Assembly (NCBI GenBank): GCA_001938485.1
Contig: MQRK01213248.1
Coordinates: 1-55,181, forward strand
Direction: 5' to 3'
DNA length: 55,181 nucleotides
Source of the DNA: Girardia tigrina
Lineage: Eukaryota
The notes under the pieces were generated by a model, which searched no databases, had not been told where the DNA came from, and saw only the letters and a program-made list of their open reading frames with translations. The position numbers and the translations under genes are program-made. This document shows, one piece after another, positions 1-14,379 of this stretch. How positions within the stretch are numbered: the first letter of the stretch is position 1; every line of letters starts with the position of its first letter.

Positions 1-1191
1 ATATATATAGATTTAATATATAATATAATATATATATAATTTTATAATTAATGAATCATAAATTTAAATATTGCTAAATATTTTTGTATTTTAAACTTGT
101 GAATTGTATTTTAAATTTGTAGATTATTTTTGCAATTTTTATTAAAAACAAATAAAAGGTTTTTATTAGAAAGAAATAAATTATAATCGAATGATTTAAA
201 ATCAAAGAAGACATTTAGGAATTGAATTTTTAAAATATTTTTTAAGATCGAAATTTATACAAAATTGAATAAAATAACATATTTATATATTTATCGATAT
301 TATTATTTATATTTAGAATTTTTAGATCTGGATTATGAAATTGAAATATTGTTCCTCATAAATTTGTTTCAATAATGAAAATTGTAGTAGAAATAAAGTT
401 TACAAATTATGACTTCGAATTGTAATCACGAACCTAATAATGAAGATGATGCATCTTGTTTTCGCTTTTCACAGTGATATCTGTACCATTCGTAAAGCCT
501 TTCGTCCTTTCCTTTCTGTGACTTCATGATATTTATAATACTCAAAGTTAATTTGTTTGTTTGTAGTTATTTAAACAAATTTATGTTTTCCATTCTTTAT
601 ATTAGCTTACTTTATAGGTATATATATATATATATATCCATGGAATTTAGCAAGCTACTTTTGAACGCTTTTTACTCAATTAATTTTCTTCAAACTTTGT
701 ACACTTACTCATTCTCGATGACAATAAATGATTATATGAAAATTTGATCAAAAAATTTTTTTATGGTCCCAAAATGGGAGAAAACGGAAAATCCGGAGTT
801 CCCGAACAATATTAATTGAAAAAGATCTACTTATAAATTAAAAGTAGTTTATATATTATTTTTTTATTGTGCTTTTTTGAAATTATTTTTTTAATTAAAA
901 CTTTGTTGGCAAAGTAGAGTTCAGTCTGCATAAAAATGAATATAAAAAATTAATTTTTTGATTTACTAGTTAAAAAAATAATTTTCATATTAATAAATTT
1001 ATAGCTATTTTAAATTTATACTAAAAAATATTTTTAGTTATATAAAATCAATCTATTTTCACAAACATTTATTAAATTTATTTCAGCGCATTTGTCGGGT
1101 CAAACATTTCATCAAATAAATTTCATAAAAATATTTTATTTTTTAATTATTTTATTGGGAAAATATAAACAATAGAATTTTTATTGACGTA

Positions 1192-2546
1192 TTGGGTTGT
1201 TGCATAAGTTCTCGCCGTTTTTTAAACATTTATTTTCAAAGAAATCAAAGAATTTTAACAACCAAAATAATGACTCAGTTAATTATATATTTAATGAAAT
1301 CATAAAATTTTAACAGCAAAAATAATAACACTTCAATCAATTATGTACTCTCCTTCATTGTTCACTACTTCTTCCCATCTTTCCACCAGTTTGTTGATTC
1401 CATTTCGCCAGAAATCCTTAGGTCGAGTCTCGAAGTTGTTGAACCATTCCTCAAGTTGATCCTGATTTTCGAAGCTAAGACTCCTCATTTCATTTGACAG
1501 GCAGCGGAAGAGATGGTAATCCGTCGGGGCGAGGTCTGGGGAATAGGGAGGGTGTTGAAGGACCTCCCAACCGAGCTCTTGGAGTGCCATCTTGACAGTT
1601 TTTGCGGTGTGTGGTCGAGAATTGTCATGGAGGAGGATCACCTGGCCTTGTCGATCCGGTCTTTTTTGTTGAATTGCCTCATTGACTCGATGCACTTGGG
1701 CTTTATAGAGATTCTTTTCTACTGTCATGTTTTTTCCAAGCATTCCCCAGTGGATTAGACCTTCCCAATCCCACCATACGCAAATCATTGTCTTCATCGG
1801 GTGCAGGTCTTTCTTGATCCTGGGCTTAGGCTTCTCTCCAGGACTCACCCACTCTTTCCTTTGCTTCATATTCACAAAGAGACACCATTTCTCGTCTCCA
1901 GTGACGATTCTGTATCAAAAACGTTGCCTGTGGCCATGGGTTCCTTGGTATCGAGCGAGATTTTGAGCAGCAATGGAAAGCCGCTTATCCTTTTGTTTTT
2001 GTGTGAGTTCGTGCGGGACCCAAGCTCCAAGCTTTTGAGTGAAACCCATCGACTGAACGTGGCGTGAAATTGTCGCTAACTCACAATTCATCTTTTCGGC
2101 CAATTCTCTGCATGTCTGGCGGCCATCTTCCTTCAAAAGATCCCCGAGTTGGTCCTCATCCATCTCGACTGGTCTTCCGGAACGAGAAGCGTCATTGAGG
2201 TCGAAATTATCGAGTTTGAACCTGGCAAACCAATCCCGAGCAGTTCTCTCAGCTGTAGCGTCCTCTCCATACACGGCACAAATGTCTCTGGTAGCTTCAC
2301 TCGCTTTTTGACTTCGATTAAAAGTGAAAAGAAGGAGGTGTCGAAAATGCCATTTTTTGTCGACTTTACAATCCATTTGACGGTTCTAAAAAAGGACAAA
2401 AAAATAATATATGCAAAAACGATTACTTTAATCTTGTAGAGCATAGCACGGGATTTCTAATGGTATATAACACTTCGCCAAACATCAAAAAGTCTTTGTA
2501 GAACAAATAGTTTCATGTAACGGCGGGAACTTATGCAACAACCCAA
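1192..2546 (-). mobile_element. Full-length mariner (DD34D) DNA transposon
   Basis: ~28-bp TIRs TTGGGTTGTTGCATAAGTTC(T/C)CGCCGTT at both ends; TA target duplications at 1190-1191 and 2547-2548; internal transposase. Confidence 0.96.
1333..2376 (-). pseudogene. Mariner transposase with one in-frame stop
   Basis: ORFs 2376-1915 and 1875-1333 are in the same frame, joined via TGA-YRIVTGDEKW; motifs WVPHEL, TGDEKW, HDNSRPH, YSPDLAPTDY; 34 residues between D2 and D3. Confidence 0.95.
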
Positions 2547-2599
2547 TAGATATAAAATAGAATTAATATTATAACAGACTATTACAGAATTAATGATTT

Positions 2600-3728
2600 T
2601 TAATTCTCAGCAGTTGCTCTGAATCTAGCTATTCTTGGTCTTTCTCTGGCTCTTTTAGCTAAGGGAGATAAAGTACCGTCTTTGGTTAAACAATGCGATG
2701 ATAGTGAAGCTATTGGCTCTGCATAAGATCTTGAACAGTTATTTCCTATAAAGAATTCTGCAGTGAAAATCATCGGGTCTTGTCTCAAAAATAGAATCAC
2801 AACGCATAAATGGCTGCAGGGAATGCCATACTCAAACATTCTTCTACAAGAACATGTCTTCCAATTAAAATCTGTAATATACAGACGATTAACTAAAAAT
2901 ATATCATTGCTTGACTGTTCAACAGCATAGAGTCGGCATATTGCAATATTGGAATCTAATCTTTTTGTTTGTTTGTCAAAAATATATACATTAAGAACTT
3001 CATTTCTTCTGGTACTGAAAACTTCCATGTAAGTATTGATTGAAACAATTAAATTGCAAATATCTTTTGTAACAAACTTTTTTAGTGCAGAATTCATAGA
3101 TTCTGCAGGATTTTATGTGTTCTGGAAGGGGGCACTTTGAATTTGCCCAAGTTCTAAAAGGGTATAAAATCAGCATATTGTAAAAATCCGGATTATCATG
3201 CCTGATTTCGTTCATGATATACTCGAAAACACTTTCGTCATTTGTGTAAGCAGCAGTCCTGTGTATTTACGACAATAAAAATTCTGTTTTATATTTAAGC
3301 AAAAAAAAATCTATTTTTTATAATGCCCTATTTTATTTTGTCATTATAAAACTTATCATATTATATATTTAGTTTATTTAAGTAATGAAATATGAAATCA
3401 TTGAGTTTTTGTTGCTTAATCAATAAATTAACCACAAATTAAACGAAAATAAAGAAAAACTTGAAGTAATCACCCGTAAAAAATTAATATTGCATTTTGT
3501 GTGGTTTCGGTTTTCAATTAATTCAAAGATTTTCCAATCCATGAATTAAATTAAGTTGCTCATATGCAAATTACGATATATTTATTTATAATTTTAAATA
3601 ATTTGAAAAAGCTCAAATAGTGATATTATTATTTGGGTCGTGATATAATTCAAATAGTATCACCAATTTCTTGAAAATTTTATTGATATTATTTAGGTCG
3701 TGATTCTATTTGAGTTAGTAATACTTTC
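2600..3728 (-). mobile_element. Mutator/MULE remnant with SWIM zinc finger
   Basis: CSCRRMFEYGIPCSH SWIM motif and basic C-terminal tail in ORF 2600-3097; repetitive terminus-like sequence ~3620-3728; boundaries approximate. Confidence 0.7.
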
Positions 3729-4120
3729 CGGTGATTTCTGTGATATATACTATTGAAAATAAAAATCGACGAAACATTCTTCTAAAGTTGCGTAGACAAA
3801 CGGAACTTTAACTATTTTGTTCTAATAACATCCAATGAAGAAATAATAAATTCGTTTATTTCAGAGAATGGTATTGCCGATTGATGAGAGCGTTGTTCCT
3901 CGCTTTTCAATCGGCATTATCGAAATCATTTAACCAATTAAAACGAATAATCAATCGAAAACAATTGAAATAATTATTTTATTTAATTTTTGTAATAACA
4001 TTTTTAAATTGCACTTTGATTTATTTTTGTTTCTGATAACGAATGAATGTTTGACGCTTTGCTAAATTTGTTGACGAACACAATTTGTCACAGCTTTCGA
4101 ATGACTGTTGACAGATTTGA

Positions 4121-6723
4121 ATGCATCGAAACGACTCGTTTATCAAACATTGGTTGTCGCAATCGAATTTGAGATCGAGGCAGTTGTCAAAACACAAGGC
4201 ATTGGTATTTGAGATGAATAGTGTGAATAAGATCGTGCCAATTATCTGGAATTATCTGTTGTGAGTTTATTTTTAAGGAAAGTTGATCAAATATTGTACC
4301 AATTAAATATTTTGTCGTTTATTAAAATTTTCAAATATTTCATTAAACTTAAATATCAATTTCTTTTTAGTATATTTATGTCATTTTTATGTGGGATCCG
4401 GAACAAACGTTGCGGAAAAAACATTGCGAAGAAAAATCGCATGGAAAAACACCACAGAAAAAATGTCACAGGGAAAAAAATCGCGCAGTAAATTTTCTTC
4501 AAAATTAATGATAATAATCTTTGTATGAAATTTCGTCCCGAATTTATGAAAATATTTTTTTAGTAATTTTTGTCATAATTTTTTAATGACTCTGTAAGTT
4601 CTTCTTTTATGATTTAGTAAATATTTTTAAGAAGTTCTTTTCAGAAAGATATATTAAAATGTCTCTATATTACGTTTTTAGCAACAAACAAAACTAAAAT
4701 GGTCATTTACTTTTAAAAGATCGAGAAACGGAAGCAAAAGTCTTATGTAAATGTGAACAGCACGAGAAACAAAACTGTTGGCGACAATGTAATTAAAAGA
4801 TTGAAAGATCATAACCATGCAGGAAACATGACTCATCTTGAGGTTTCATAAGCTCTTAACAATACTAAAGATCGTGACCGGAAAACCCAAGAAGGATCAC
4901 AATACTTTTTACAGTAGCATACAATACAATATCTACAGATATTACTGGTCAAATGAAATCTTTTGAGTCAGTGAAGAAAACGAATAAAAACATTAGAAAT
5001 GTGACAGGAATAGTGTCTGAAAATCCTGCCAGTTTTCAAGACTTAGTTATACCTTCGATGTATACAATGACACATAGAGAAAAACAGTTTCTTCTTAATG
5101 ACAATCATTGTAGTATAAATAGATTGCTTATATTTTCGATAAATTCAAATCTACAGTTGCTATCAAAGTCTGCAACATGGTATGCCGATGGTACATTTAA
5201 AACATTACCTCTTTTCCAACAAATATATATTCATGACGTCATAGATGATGGCATGATTCCAGTAGTGCCAAAAGACTATTGATTCATATTCCACATTTCT
5301 AAATGAATTAATTCTGGAACAAAGATTGTGCCCTAAAAAAATTATAACTGATTTTGAAATGGCGTCAATTAATGCTTTTCACAATTCATTTCTAAATATT
5401 ATTCAGAACGGAAGTAAAAAAGGATCTAAAAGAAAGATAAATGGACTTCAGCAAATGTATGAAAACGATTCAGCATTTGCCTGAAAAATGCGAATGAAAT
5501 CATCTCTGGCGTTTGTCCCTGAAAATGATATCGTATCCTCTTTCGAATTGTTAAGTGAAGGAAATAATTATTCTGTTGGTACACAAATTGTTTTAGACTA
5601 TGTTGAAGATAGCTGGATTGGTTGTCCTGATCGTCGATTAATTCGACACCAACCAAGCTATTCTCATTCCTTTTGTAATTGATACAATGCTGCAGTAAAT
5701 GGGAAGCCAAAAACTAATAATTCGTGTGAAGCATGGTATTGATCGTTTAATGAACTTATCGGTGCATCTCACCTTATAATATGGGAATTTTTAGGTTCAT
5801 TAAAAAGCCAGCAGAGTTGGTGGTCAACTTCCACTAATGAAACGAAAATATCGAAACTGGGCGGTTAGACTTCAACGTGTTGTGAGTCAGTACTCAAATC
5901 AGGGCATCATATAATTCCTTAGAAGTGTCGCACATAACATATATTAAATGTATTTTTCCTTAACTTAATTACATTTGAAATAATTTTATAAGAATATATA
6001 TATAAGAATTTCGTTCCTTTTTTATTATTTATTGTAAAAATTTTATTCAAATTACAATGTAAAAATTAGCATTTTACTTTCATAAGTTATTTTCCATTTT
6101 AAAAATTTGATAATAAATTTTATATTGTCCAAAAGATATTTTTAATAATTTAATTATTATAAATTTTACAATTAAATATTATTTACACTTTATTTCTGTG
6201 ACAAAAAATATTATCATTCCTGAAAATAATTGACTACAAAAAATTTTATCATAAATGCGGCGACGAAATTTACTACAAAAATTATTTTCATAAATTTTGA
6301 TAAAAATTTACAGCGCGATGTTTTCTCTGGGACGTTTTTTCCTTGATCCATTTTCTGGTTCTTGTAGAGGATGGGTCAATTTAAATTGTATTCGGCTCAG
6401 TGTCAATAGGTAATTTCTTCAATCTGTTCATAAAATTCACAAGAAGTGTGCAAAATGACTCAAAACTCATAAAATATATCTAAAAAATCATTTTTATCGA
6501 ATAATCAGGTTATGTTAACATAACACGGAAAAATTCAAATCATTAGCGGAAAAATAAAAACAAAATGAAAATACGAATTCAACGTGTATATGGAAATTCT
6601 AAAAGTTATATTTCAATAATTATTTACAGGAAAATTTATATTATTAAATCAGTCCCAAAATCTAGTAGCCCGATTCCCTCAACCACAGTTGTAGTTGTAC
6701 TTGGTCTAGTAATATCAACATAG
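4121..6723 (+). CDS. Putative 3-exon small ORF (4121-4260, 6368-6409, 6630-6723; 91 aa), or UTR exons of an unknown gene
   Basis: GT/AG sites (tt|gtgagt, cttgtag|, ag|gtaatt, tttacag|) give phase-consistent joins; no recognisable domain. Confidence 0.25.
4394..6349 (+). mobile_element. MULE transposon with long imperfect TIRs and decayed transposase
   Basis: Both ends read GGATC inward; ~4465-4590 is inversely similar to ~6200-6330; motifs WYADGTFKT, IITDFEMASINAF, KTNNSCEAW in broken frames. Confidence 0.88.
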
Positions 6724-6989
6724 TCTTTTATGTAGAAAATCACATTTAAATTGGATTAATATTTGAAGCAAATCATCACAGAAGTATCACAGTAATATTA
6801 CGAGATCTAAGATAAAATAAGGTTTCATGACAATGGTGAAATCTGGTGTTGTTTATAATTAAAATTGGATTATTTCTATAGTGATCCTACATGTTACATT
6901 GATATATATATATATATATATATATATTTTAAATGTGTGTATATATATTAATTATTGATTATAAAAATAAATCAATAAAAAATTTAAAA

Positions 6990-7273
6990 GTCAAAATACT
7001 TGACGACGAAAATTCAAAGACTTGGAATTCGCTCTTCCAAATTTATCCGGATTTTACTAAAACTAATCCAAATATGGAAAACAACAACCGATTCCAGATG
7101 ACTAACGATTTCACAAAAGAAAGAAAGAGAAGAATCTCAATCGTATTGCCCTTTCCGACAGATCATAGGACTCATGCAATTCAGTCACAATTAATTTTGA
7201 GATTATCAGATTCGGATCGCATTAATACCGTATTGGATGAAATTTGGTCGCATAACGGCACACAATCCGCCAG
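6990..7273 (+). CDS. Possible host exon of unknown function running into a gap
   Basis: Open, compositionally protein-like frame (MENNNRFQMTNDFTKERKRRISIVLPFP...) with no TE motif; truncated by Ns. Confidence 0.3.
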
Positions 7274-9036
7274 NNNNNNNNNNNNNNNNNNNNNNNNNNN
7301 NNNNNNNNNNNNNNNNNNNNNNNNNNNNNNNNNNNNNNNNNNNNNNNNNNNNNNNNNNNNNNNNNNNNNNNNNNNNNNNNNNNNNNNNNNNNNNNNNNNN
7401 NNNNNNNNNNNNNNNNNNNNNNNNNNNNNNNNNNNNNNNNNNNNNNNNNNNNNNNNNNNNNNNNNNNNNNNNNNNNNNNNNNNNNNNNNNNNNNNNNNNN
7501 NNNNNNNNNNNNNNNNNNNNNNNNNNNNNNNNNNNNNNNNNNNNNNNNNNNNNNNNNNNNNNNNNNNNNNNNNNNNNNNNNNNNNNNNNNNNNNNNNNNN
7601 NNNNNNNNNNNNNNNNNNNNNNNNNNNNNNNNNNNNNNNNNNNNNNNNNNNNNNNNNNNNNNNNNNNNNNNNNNNNNNNNNNNNNNNNNNNNNNNNNNNN
7701 NNNNNNNNNNNNNNNNNNNNNNNNNNNNNNNNNNNNNNNNNNNNNNNNNNNNNNNNNNNNNNNNNNNNNNNNNNNNNNNNNNNNNNNNNNNNNNNNNNNN
7801 NNNNNNNNNNNNNNACACCTAAACCACTCGCATAGTGAGTTTCACCCGATGAATGTTTAGTAGCAGTCTAAACATGGAATCGACATTTGTTTAACAAATC
7901 TCATGTTAATAATTTCAATTAACACATTTTTACGGGTACCGAAATATACTTAATATTGATTTGGGACTCCGGAAAACAATCTATTTATTTCATATCATTA
8001 GTACCAACAATCTTGAAACAACATTATCTTGATCATTGTAAACAATAAATTTTCCACATTATTTTGTGTTATTTAATTTATTTAGATAATGGAAAATAGA
8101 AATCAAATCGCTCTTATTTTTCATTACAATTTCTAAATAAAAGTTTTTGATTACATTTCTCAAAAATTCTAAAAACTGCTTTATTATAAGACTCTATGAT
8201 TACACTTATAAAAATTGCATCACAGAAGTACTGATTATAAGCTCTTGAAGGTGGTTGGTAAAAGATAGAATTCTCCCGAAATTGGTATCAGAGAATATAA
8301 AATATTAAAATAATATTACAAATTATTTTAAATAATTTGTTTAAATATTCTTATATGTGTATTATTAATAAAATCTTCGAAAAATTTTTACTTTTACTTT
8401 TAAATGGAAGAAAATAAATATTTTAAAATTGAATCAGTTAACACGCCAAATTAAATTACAGATCATTTTTAACCGAAGATGTTAATCTACGGTTATGATC
8501 TCGATCGATTTGTAACTCAGGTTAATCGTTATATGTGTATTATTAATAAATCTTCGAAAAATTTTTACTTTTAATTTTAAATGGAAGAAAATAACTATTT
8601 TAAAATCAACCCAGTTATGAGTATCAAAGGGAAAATTAATGAAGCAGTTTGTTACTTGTTCAAAAATAATATGATTAGAAAATTTAATTCATCGTGGACT
8701 GCACTTTAATTTGCGTGTGGAAAAAGGGAAAAAATATTAAAATCTGTGTGGTGATGTCATTCCTCACCACATTCAATAATATTGAACTTCAATGATGTCA
8801 CATCTCATGACATAACTAGAGTTCAAATTGCGGTGATTTCATGTGTCATGACATCGGCGGAATATGCAATCGTAAGGTCAGATGCAATTGCATAAACTGA
8901 CCCCAGTGCATATTATATAGTATTATATAATATTACCTTAACAAAAAAGATCGACGATTTTCAAGTTTAATTGGTTAGCAAACCCCAATCAATATTTCAT
9001 CTAATATATTTTGTTATCTGGTTTGCGTTCTTTACA

Positions 9037-10405
9037 ATGAAGTCAGAAGTCGCCGAAGATTCAGGCAACTCAATCCTACCTCAACCTCGGGCATAGTATG
9101 TTGATGATAACGGTACGCCCCTTTCTTGGTTCGCCATCTTAGAATTCTCGTTCAACAACAAGCACAATTCTTCAAAAATGCCAAGTATCTCCTCAGCAAT
9201 CTCCCTTCTGAACTCCTCCAGAAACTTGGATCCAGCGCTGTCAAATGCCTCAATTCTTCTCAGCCATATGAAGAGTTGAAAAATGTTATTTTCAGTCACT
9301 ATAGTCCATCACAATCAAAAATATTTAAAAAATATTTCCGACCTCAAACAGTGGGCAATACCTCAGCATCGAAATTCCTCTCAAGAACCATCTCTGAATT
9401 GGATTCACTTCAACCCAGCAGTCCTCCAAATCCAGAACTCGTCAAAGAATTATTCCTATCCGCGATACCAGCCCACATTCGTCCAATATTATTAAGCTCC
9501 GATAAATCAGACCCTACTGATTTGGCCGAAATTACTGATCGAGTTCTCCAGGAATCAACAAGCTCACGTTCCACTAATATACAGAGTACCGACCTTTGTG
9601 CTACAGTCGAAGAGCTGTCTAAAAAAGTAACTTTGTTAACGACTCTTTTAACTCAGAATTCAGCAGACAGTTCCTATGTCAACCGGTCAGATTCACGTTC
9701 CCTCATCAGAAGATCGTCCCAAAGAAAAAATGCTTTACTTTGCTCAACGCTCAATTTCAATCCGATTCCGGTCTCAAAACCAATAACATTGATTTCCTAA
9801 TCGACTCCGGTTTGGGCCTTTCTATTATTCAACCGAGAATGGCACTAATATACTCTCCGAAAACCACTCTCTGTGCCGCCAACGGTTCGCCAATCCAGAC
9901 CTATGGAAGCATCTCACTTCAATTCAGGCTCTCCGGATTTCAACAAGATTTTCAGTGGACTATCACCGTGGCCGACATAGTCCACCCATTTTTTGGAGCC
10001 GATTTCTTAAGCAGTTATGGTTTTCTGGTTGATTGTAGGTCTCATAAAATTATTGAAGCTCAATCGTTTTCCAAAATTTCGATCCAATCCACTTCTTTAT
10101 CATCAATAATATCGAGTTGTTCAAAGGCTGCCGCTATACAATCATTCATCAAAGATTCTGCTCCCAACTGTTTGTCCCGCGATTCGGCTTTCTTTCCAGT
10201 TTATCCGGTGGTTCACCGCATAATCACCAAGCCATGTCATCCAGTTTGGCACAAGCGACGCGAACATCCAGTTAAATCCAGATCGGCAGTTCAAGAAGAA
10301 TTTCGACAGTTAGAGAAAGACGGTGTCATCCGTCGTTCTTCTTCCCCGTGGGCCTCAGCTCTTCATGTTGTCGAAAAACCGAACAAATCATTTCGTCCAT
10401 GTTGA
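9037..10405 (+). mobile_element. Ty3/gypsy gag-protease-RT 5' remnant
   Basis: Gag-like WFAILEFSF and capsid-like ORF 9126-9800; protease FLIDSG...GADFL; RT start IRRSSSPWASALHVVEKPNKSFRPC, then truncated. Confidence 0.9.
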
Positions 10406-13400
10406 ATTTGATAACAAGATCTATAGAGGAAGAAAGCATCCTTCAGGAGATACAAACAGCCTATTCAAGAACAAGGACAATATTTCAACTGATATAAATT
10501 TACAAAGGATAAGAACAAAATGAAGAACCATACGCAGTGGTGGAGTGAATACATGATCAAAAATATTTATTACAAAATGAGATGATAAGAAGGTGATTAA
10601 AAATATCGAAAAGCTAAAAAATTCTTTTAAGGGGAATGTGAGAAAATTGAATATTAAAGCATTACAAAATTTTTTTAATATTAAAAAACGTGGATTCATC
10701 CAAAATGGTAAAAATCTCGCCATACTAAGTAAAATAGCAGCTGCAAATTACTGACACAAAGATATGTTTTGTGGCTTCAATGTCACATTTGATCTTTATT
10801 TCAAGCTTTTATGAAGAATAGCCCCTTTTCTAAATTTCTTGTTTTACTTAGATGTTGATATGAGACTGGTAATGGTAACAATTTATTAAAAAGTATTAAA
10901 TAACAATGTTAAACTATGTTTGTAAAATAGTTATTAGTTTAGTTTGAGTTGCATCAGCTCAGAATTGTGTTGTTTGTTAAAAAAAGTAAAATTTTCAAAA
11001 ATTCAAATAAATTTTTATTTTGACTATGAACTTTTAACGATTAAGATTTAAATTATTAGCTATAAAATAACAATCGAATAACATTGAAGATAGAGAAAAT
11101 GAGACTAAGTTCAATTATTCATAATAATATTCTTTCTGAAGATTAAGACGGGAGGAAATATTGGAAATTATGAATGAAAATAAATTTATTATTTAAGTTA
11201 AAAGACTAAATAATGATGCCTTCTAATGTCTTCTGATGTAGCAACCTGATTTTGATATGAACAAAAAACACTGATCTCATTGATGAGTTGATTAAATGCA
11301 TAAAAACTAATTTTGAAAAGATTTCTGTAAGGAATATTTTGAAACATTCAATGTGTTGTATTTTGTACGTTGTTTTGGATATTGTCTCTCCTACTCAGAA
11401 CGTCAATTAATATTTTTGAGTGGTTAAAGATTTAGATTGTTGGAACTAAATTTTATATTTAAATTCAAATATAAAATTTGTAAAATGATTTAAATTTTAT
11501 TGTTGAAAATTAAATCTAAATAATTTAACAAATGATTTATTAAATTGAAAATTCAATCTCGAAAGTTAAAAACTTATTTATTATTCACATTTCGTAGCAT
11601 GGTGTGACAGTTCTCCAACAAACCGTTGTGATCCTCAGAGTATCTGAAACTATATGCATTACTCCTTTTAAATCAATGTAATAGAAATGTTACACATCTT
11701 TCTATATAATTTCAGTGTATTTCTGATACTACTAGGACGCGTTGGTAATAGGTTGGTAATAGTAATAATTAAATAAATGTTTTTCTTTAAATAAAATTAT
11801 TTTAACATTAAATTAATTTTTAGATAAATTATTAACGAAATTATAAAAGTAGAATTTTTAAAATAAAATCTGAAAATAAGTTAAAATGAAAATTTGTTCG
11901 AATATTTTTTTGTTAATGAGACAAACAAAATCTTATCAATATAGCGAAATGTCAAATTACGAAAGCTTTGCTGAGAATTGACCCAAAGACAATTGAAACT
12001 GTGATGAAAATAAATGCGTGGAAAACCATATTGACGTTCTAATAATATTAATTATAATAATAGTGATTATTATTATATTTATTATGATTGTTGTTAAGTA
12101 ACTATTTGAAAATTTGATTAAAAACACTATCTAAAACCTTCAAAAGGTTTTACTTACTCATCATATGTATCTCTTCAAATTTACTTAAATAAGTGTTTAT
12201 TTATGATTGGGGACAGGTTTTGTCATATCATGCTTAAGTCCTTACATCAGTATGTCTTTTATTTCTACACTTATTCATTATTTTTGCGTAAATGTCTATC
12301 AACCCTGTATTGACAGATTACCTTTTTCTTAGTAAAAGAAGTTGATTATTTTTTTTATTGTATCTTGACGCTCCTAAAATAAAAAGATATTTTATTAAAA
12401 AAATTTTTCTGTGTTTTACGAATGACCATTTCCGTTTCAGAATTACTTTATTCATTTGTAAGACAACAATTATTTACTACATAAATGCTTTCATTATGTT
12501 TTTTAATGAATTTTTAAATATTAAGTCTAATATAAAATTAAATATTATAAAAAAAGTTAAAATAAAAAATAATAAGATAAATTTACATATTTTAAATTTT
12601 AAGTTTCATAAATAATACAATCATTTATAAAATATAAATCTTTTTATTCGATTTAAATTAACAATTTAATTCATTAATAATTTAAATAATTAATTGAAGA
12701 ATTTATTTTTAAAAATATTTAATTCTTACCCGCATTTTTCTAAGTGATACTCAATAATTTATTCATATAATTAATCTCTTAAATAGATTTTTTTCCTATT
12801 GTGAGTATTCATTCACTTTGCTTATTAGCCAGATGTTTCATATGAATAATTAAATTAATTTCTGAAGTTTAATATTTATAAAACTCTTAAAAGAAAAACT
12901 TAAAAAATTTTCTGACAATTACGAGTTAATTGTCTTCGTAAAAATTTGACAATAATAATTCTTTTCAAGTGCATATTAGGGAACCAAGCACCTTCGTAAG
13001 TAAGGTGTTCATCAACCTTTGATTGCCACAACAATGGCATTCGTCCACAGATATAATGTATTAGAACTTTCAACATTGAAAAAAATATAAAAATATTCAA
13101 TTATATTTTTAATTTTATTAAAAATTAGTTTGAAACAATTATAATTTGTAATTTTTATACTGTTACTTTAGGATACTATGTTTTCTTATACAATAACATT
13201 ATTTATTATTTTGTATTTTTATATAATTTAAAGTATTATCATAAATTGTAACGCAAAAGTCACGTTTGATTAATTTATAAAATATTTTCTAACGTAAAAA
13301 AATAATTATAAAATACTTAACCAAAGGATAATAAAAAAAGACATAACAGAAACATGAAAGTGCCTATGTTAAGGACAGATAGAATTTTAACTGAGTTCCG

Positions 13401-14097
13401 GTTAAGTCAATAAAGCCAGCAGTTAAATGAATGTTTTGTCGGAATATATAAGGAATTTAACTTAATTATTTTATGAATTTTTCAGTCTCCATAATTTAGA
13501 GCCATATTGATTTGGTAAATTTCATGTGTATTCTTTGAAATTATTATTTTAAAAATCTTTGTAAAAAATATTTCTTAGGCAAACTTATTCTTACAGCAAA
13601 GGTTTTCGTGAAACAGAAGTCGTTAAAACAACCCATTTGATCTCACTCATTTTTATTTCTATATTTTTAATACTACGGTAGAATTTCTTTAATTTTATAG
13701 AAATGTTGTTTAAGGAAACTGCGACCAAATAAACTTTTTTATCGTGTTATTTTTGAGGAAAACTCTATGCCAACTTTCAATTGAATTATTTGTACACGGA
13801 AAATCACTATTAACTCTACCAAACATATTCCAAACGTTTAATGGAAACATTGGTACTACTCTACAGTTGCGTCTTATTCTTACAAATAATTAGGGAAATA
13901 GTCACAATATACAAGAACTTCTATTAAAGTGGATATAAAATTTCTTGATGGAGAACAAATTGCCTATTTTTTTTACCATGTTGTAACTTCAATTTGTAAT
14001 TTTTATATTGTATTGTGCACCACATTTTTTAAGTGTTCATAAAATGTCGTTTTATCTAATTTTATAATGTTTCTAATTAAAATATTTTTCTTATTAA

Positions 14098-14248
14098 CAC
14101 TTTAAGTGCGACTGAAGCAGACGTCTGCGTCATATGAGTATTACAGCGGGGCACCAAGTGACGCGTCATATGCGTCATGACCCCATATGATTCCATGTCA
14201 TGGGGCTCCATGTTAATGGTTTACTAAAATATCACCGCATTCACAGTG
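14098..14248. mobile_element. piggyBac-type MITE
   Basis: TTAA on both sides; imperfect 13-bp TIRs CACTTTAAGTGCG / CGCATTCACAGTG; GACG..CGTC subterminal palindromes. Confidence 0.7.
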
Positions 14249-14379
14249 TTAAAAAGATTTTTTGACTCTCAAAATTAAATCATTTAAAAATTAGTTTAGT
14301 TAAGAATTTAAAGAAAAATTTAAAATAAATGGGCGATTTTGTCAGGGTGCGTTTGTGGGGGCGCTTTTGTCGGGGTACC

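Noticed and set aside
7222-7860. Long poly-X ORFs here and at 22208-23034, 24219-24473 and 49018-49559
   Set aside because: Artefacts of N gaps
8350-8606. ~80-bp local direct repeat (also a ~55-bp duplication at ~27085-27198)
   Set aside because: Ordinary local duplication with no further structure
8747-9030. Possible 5' LTR/PBS of the 9037 gypsy element
   Set aside because: No second LTR to define it; PBS ambiguous
11136-11175. CTGAAGA...GAAA hammerhead-like strings (also ~20063, ~30824, 17174)
   Set aside because: No supporting stems or cleavage triplet
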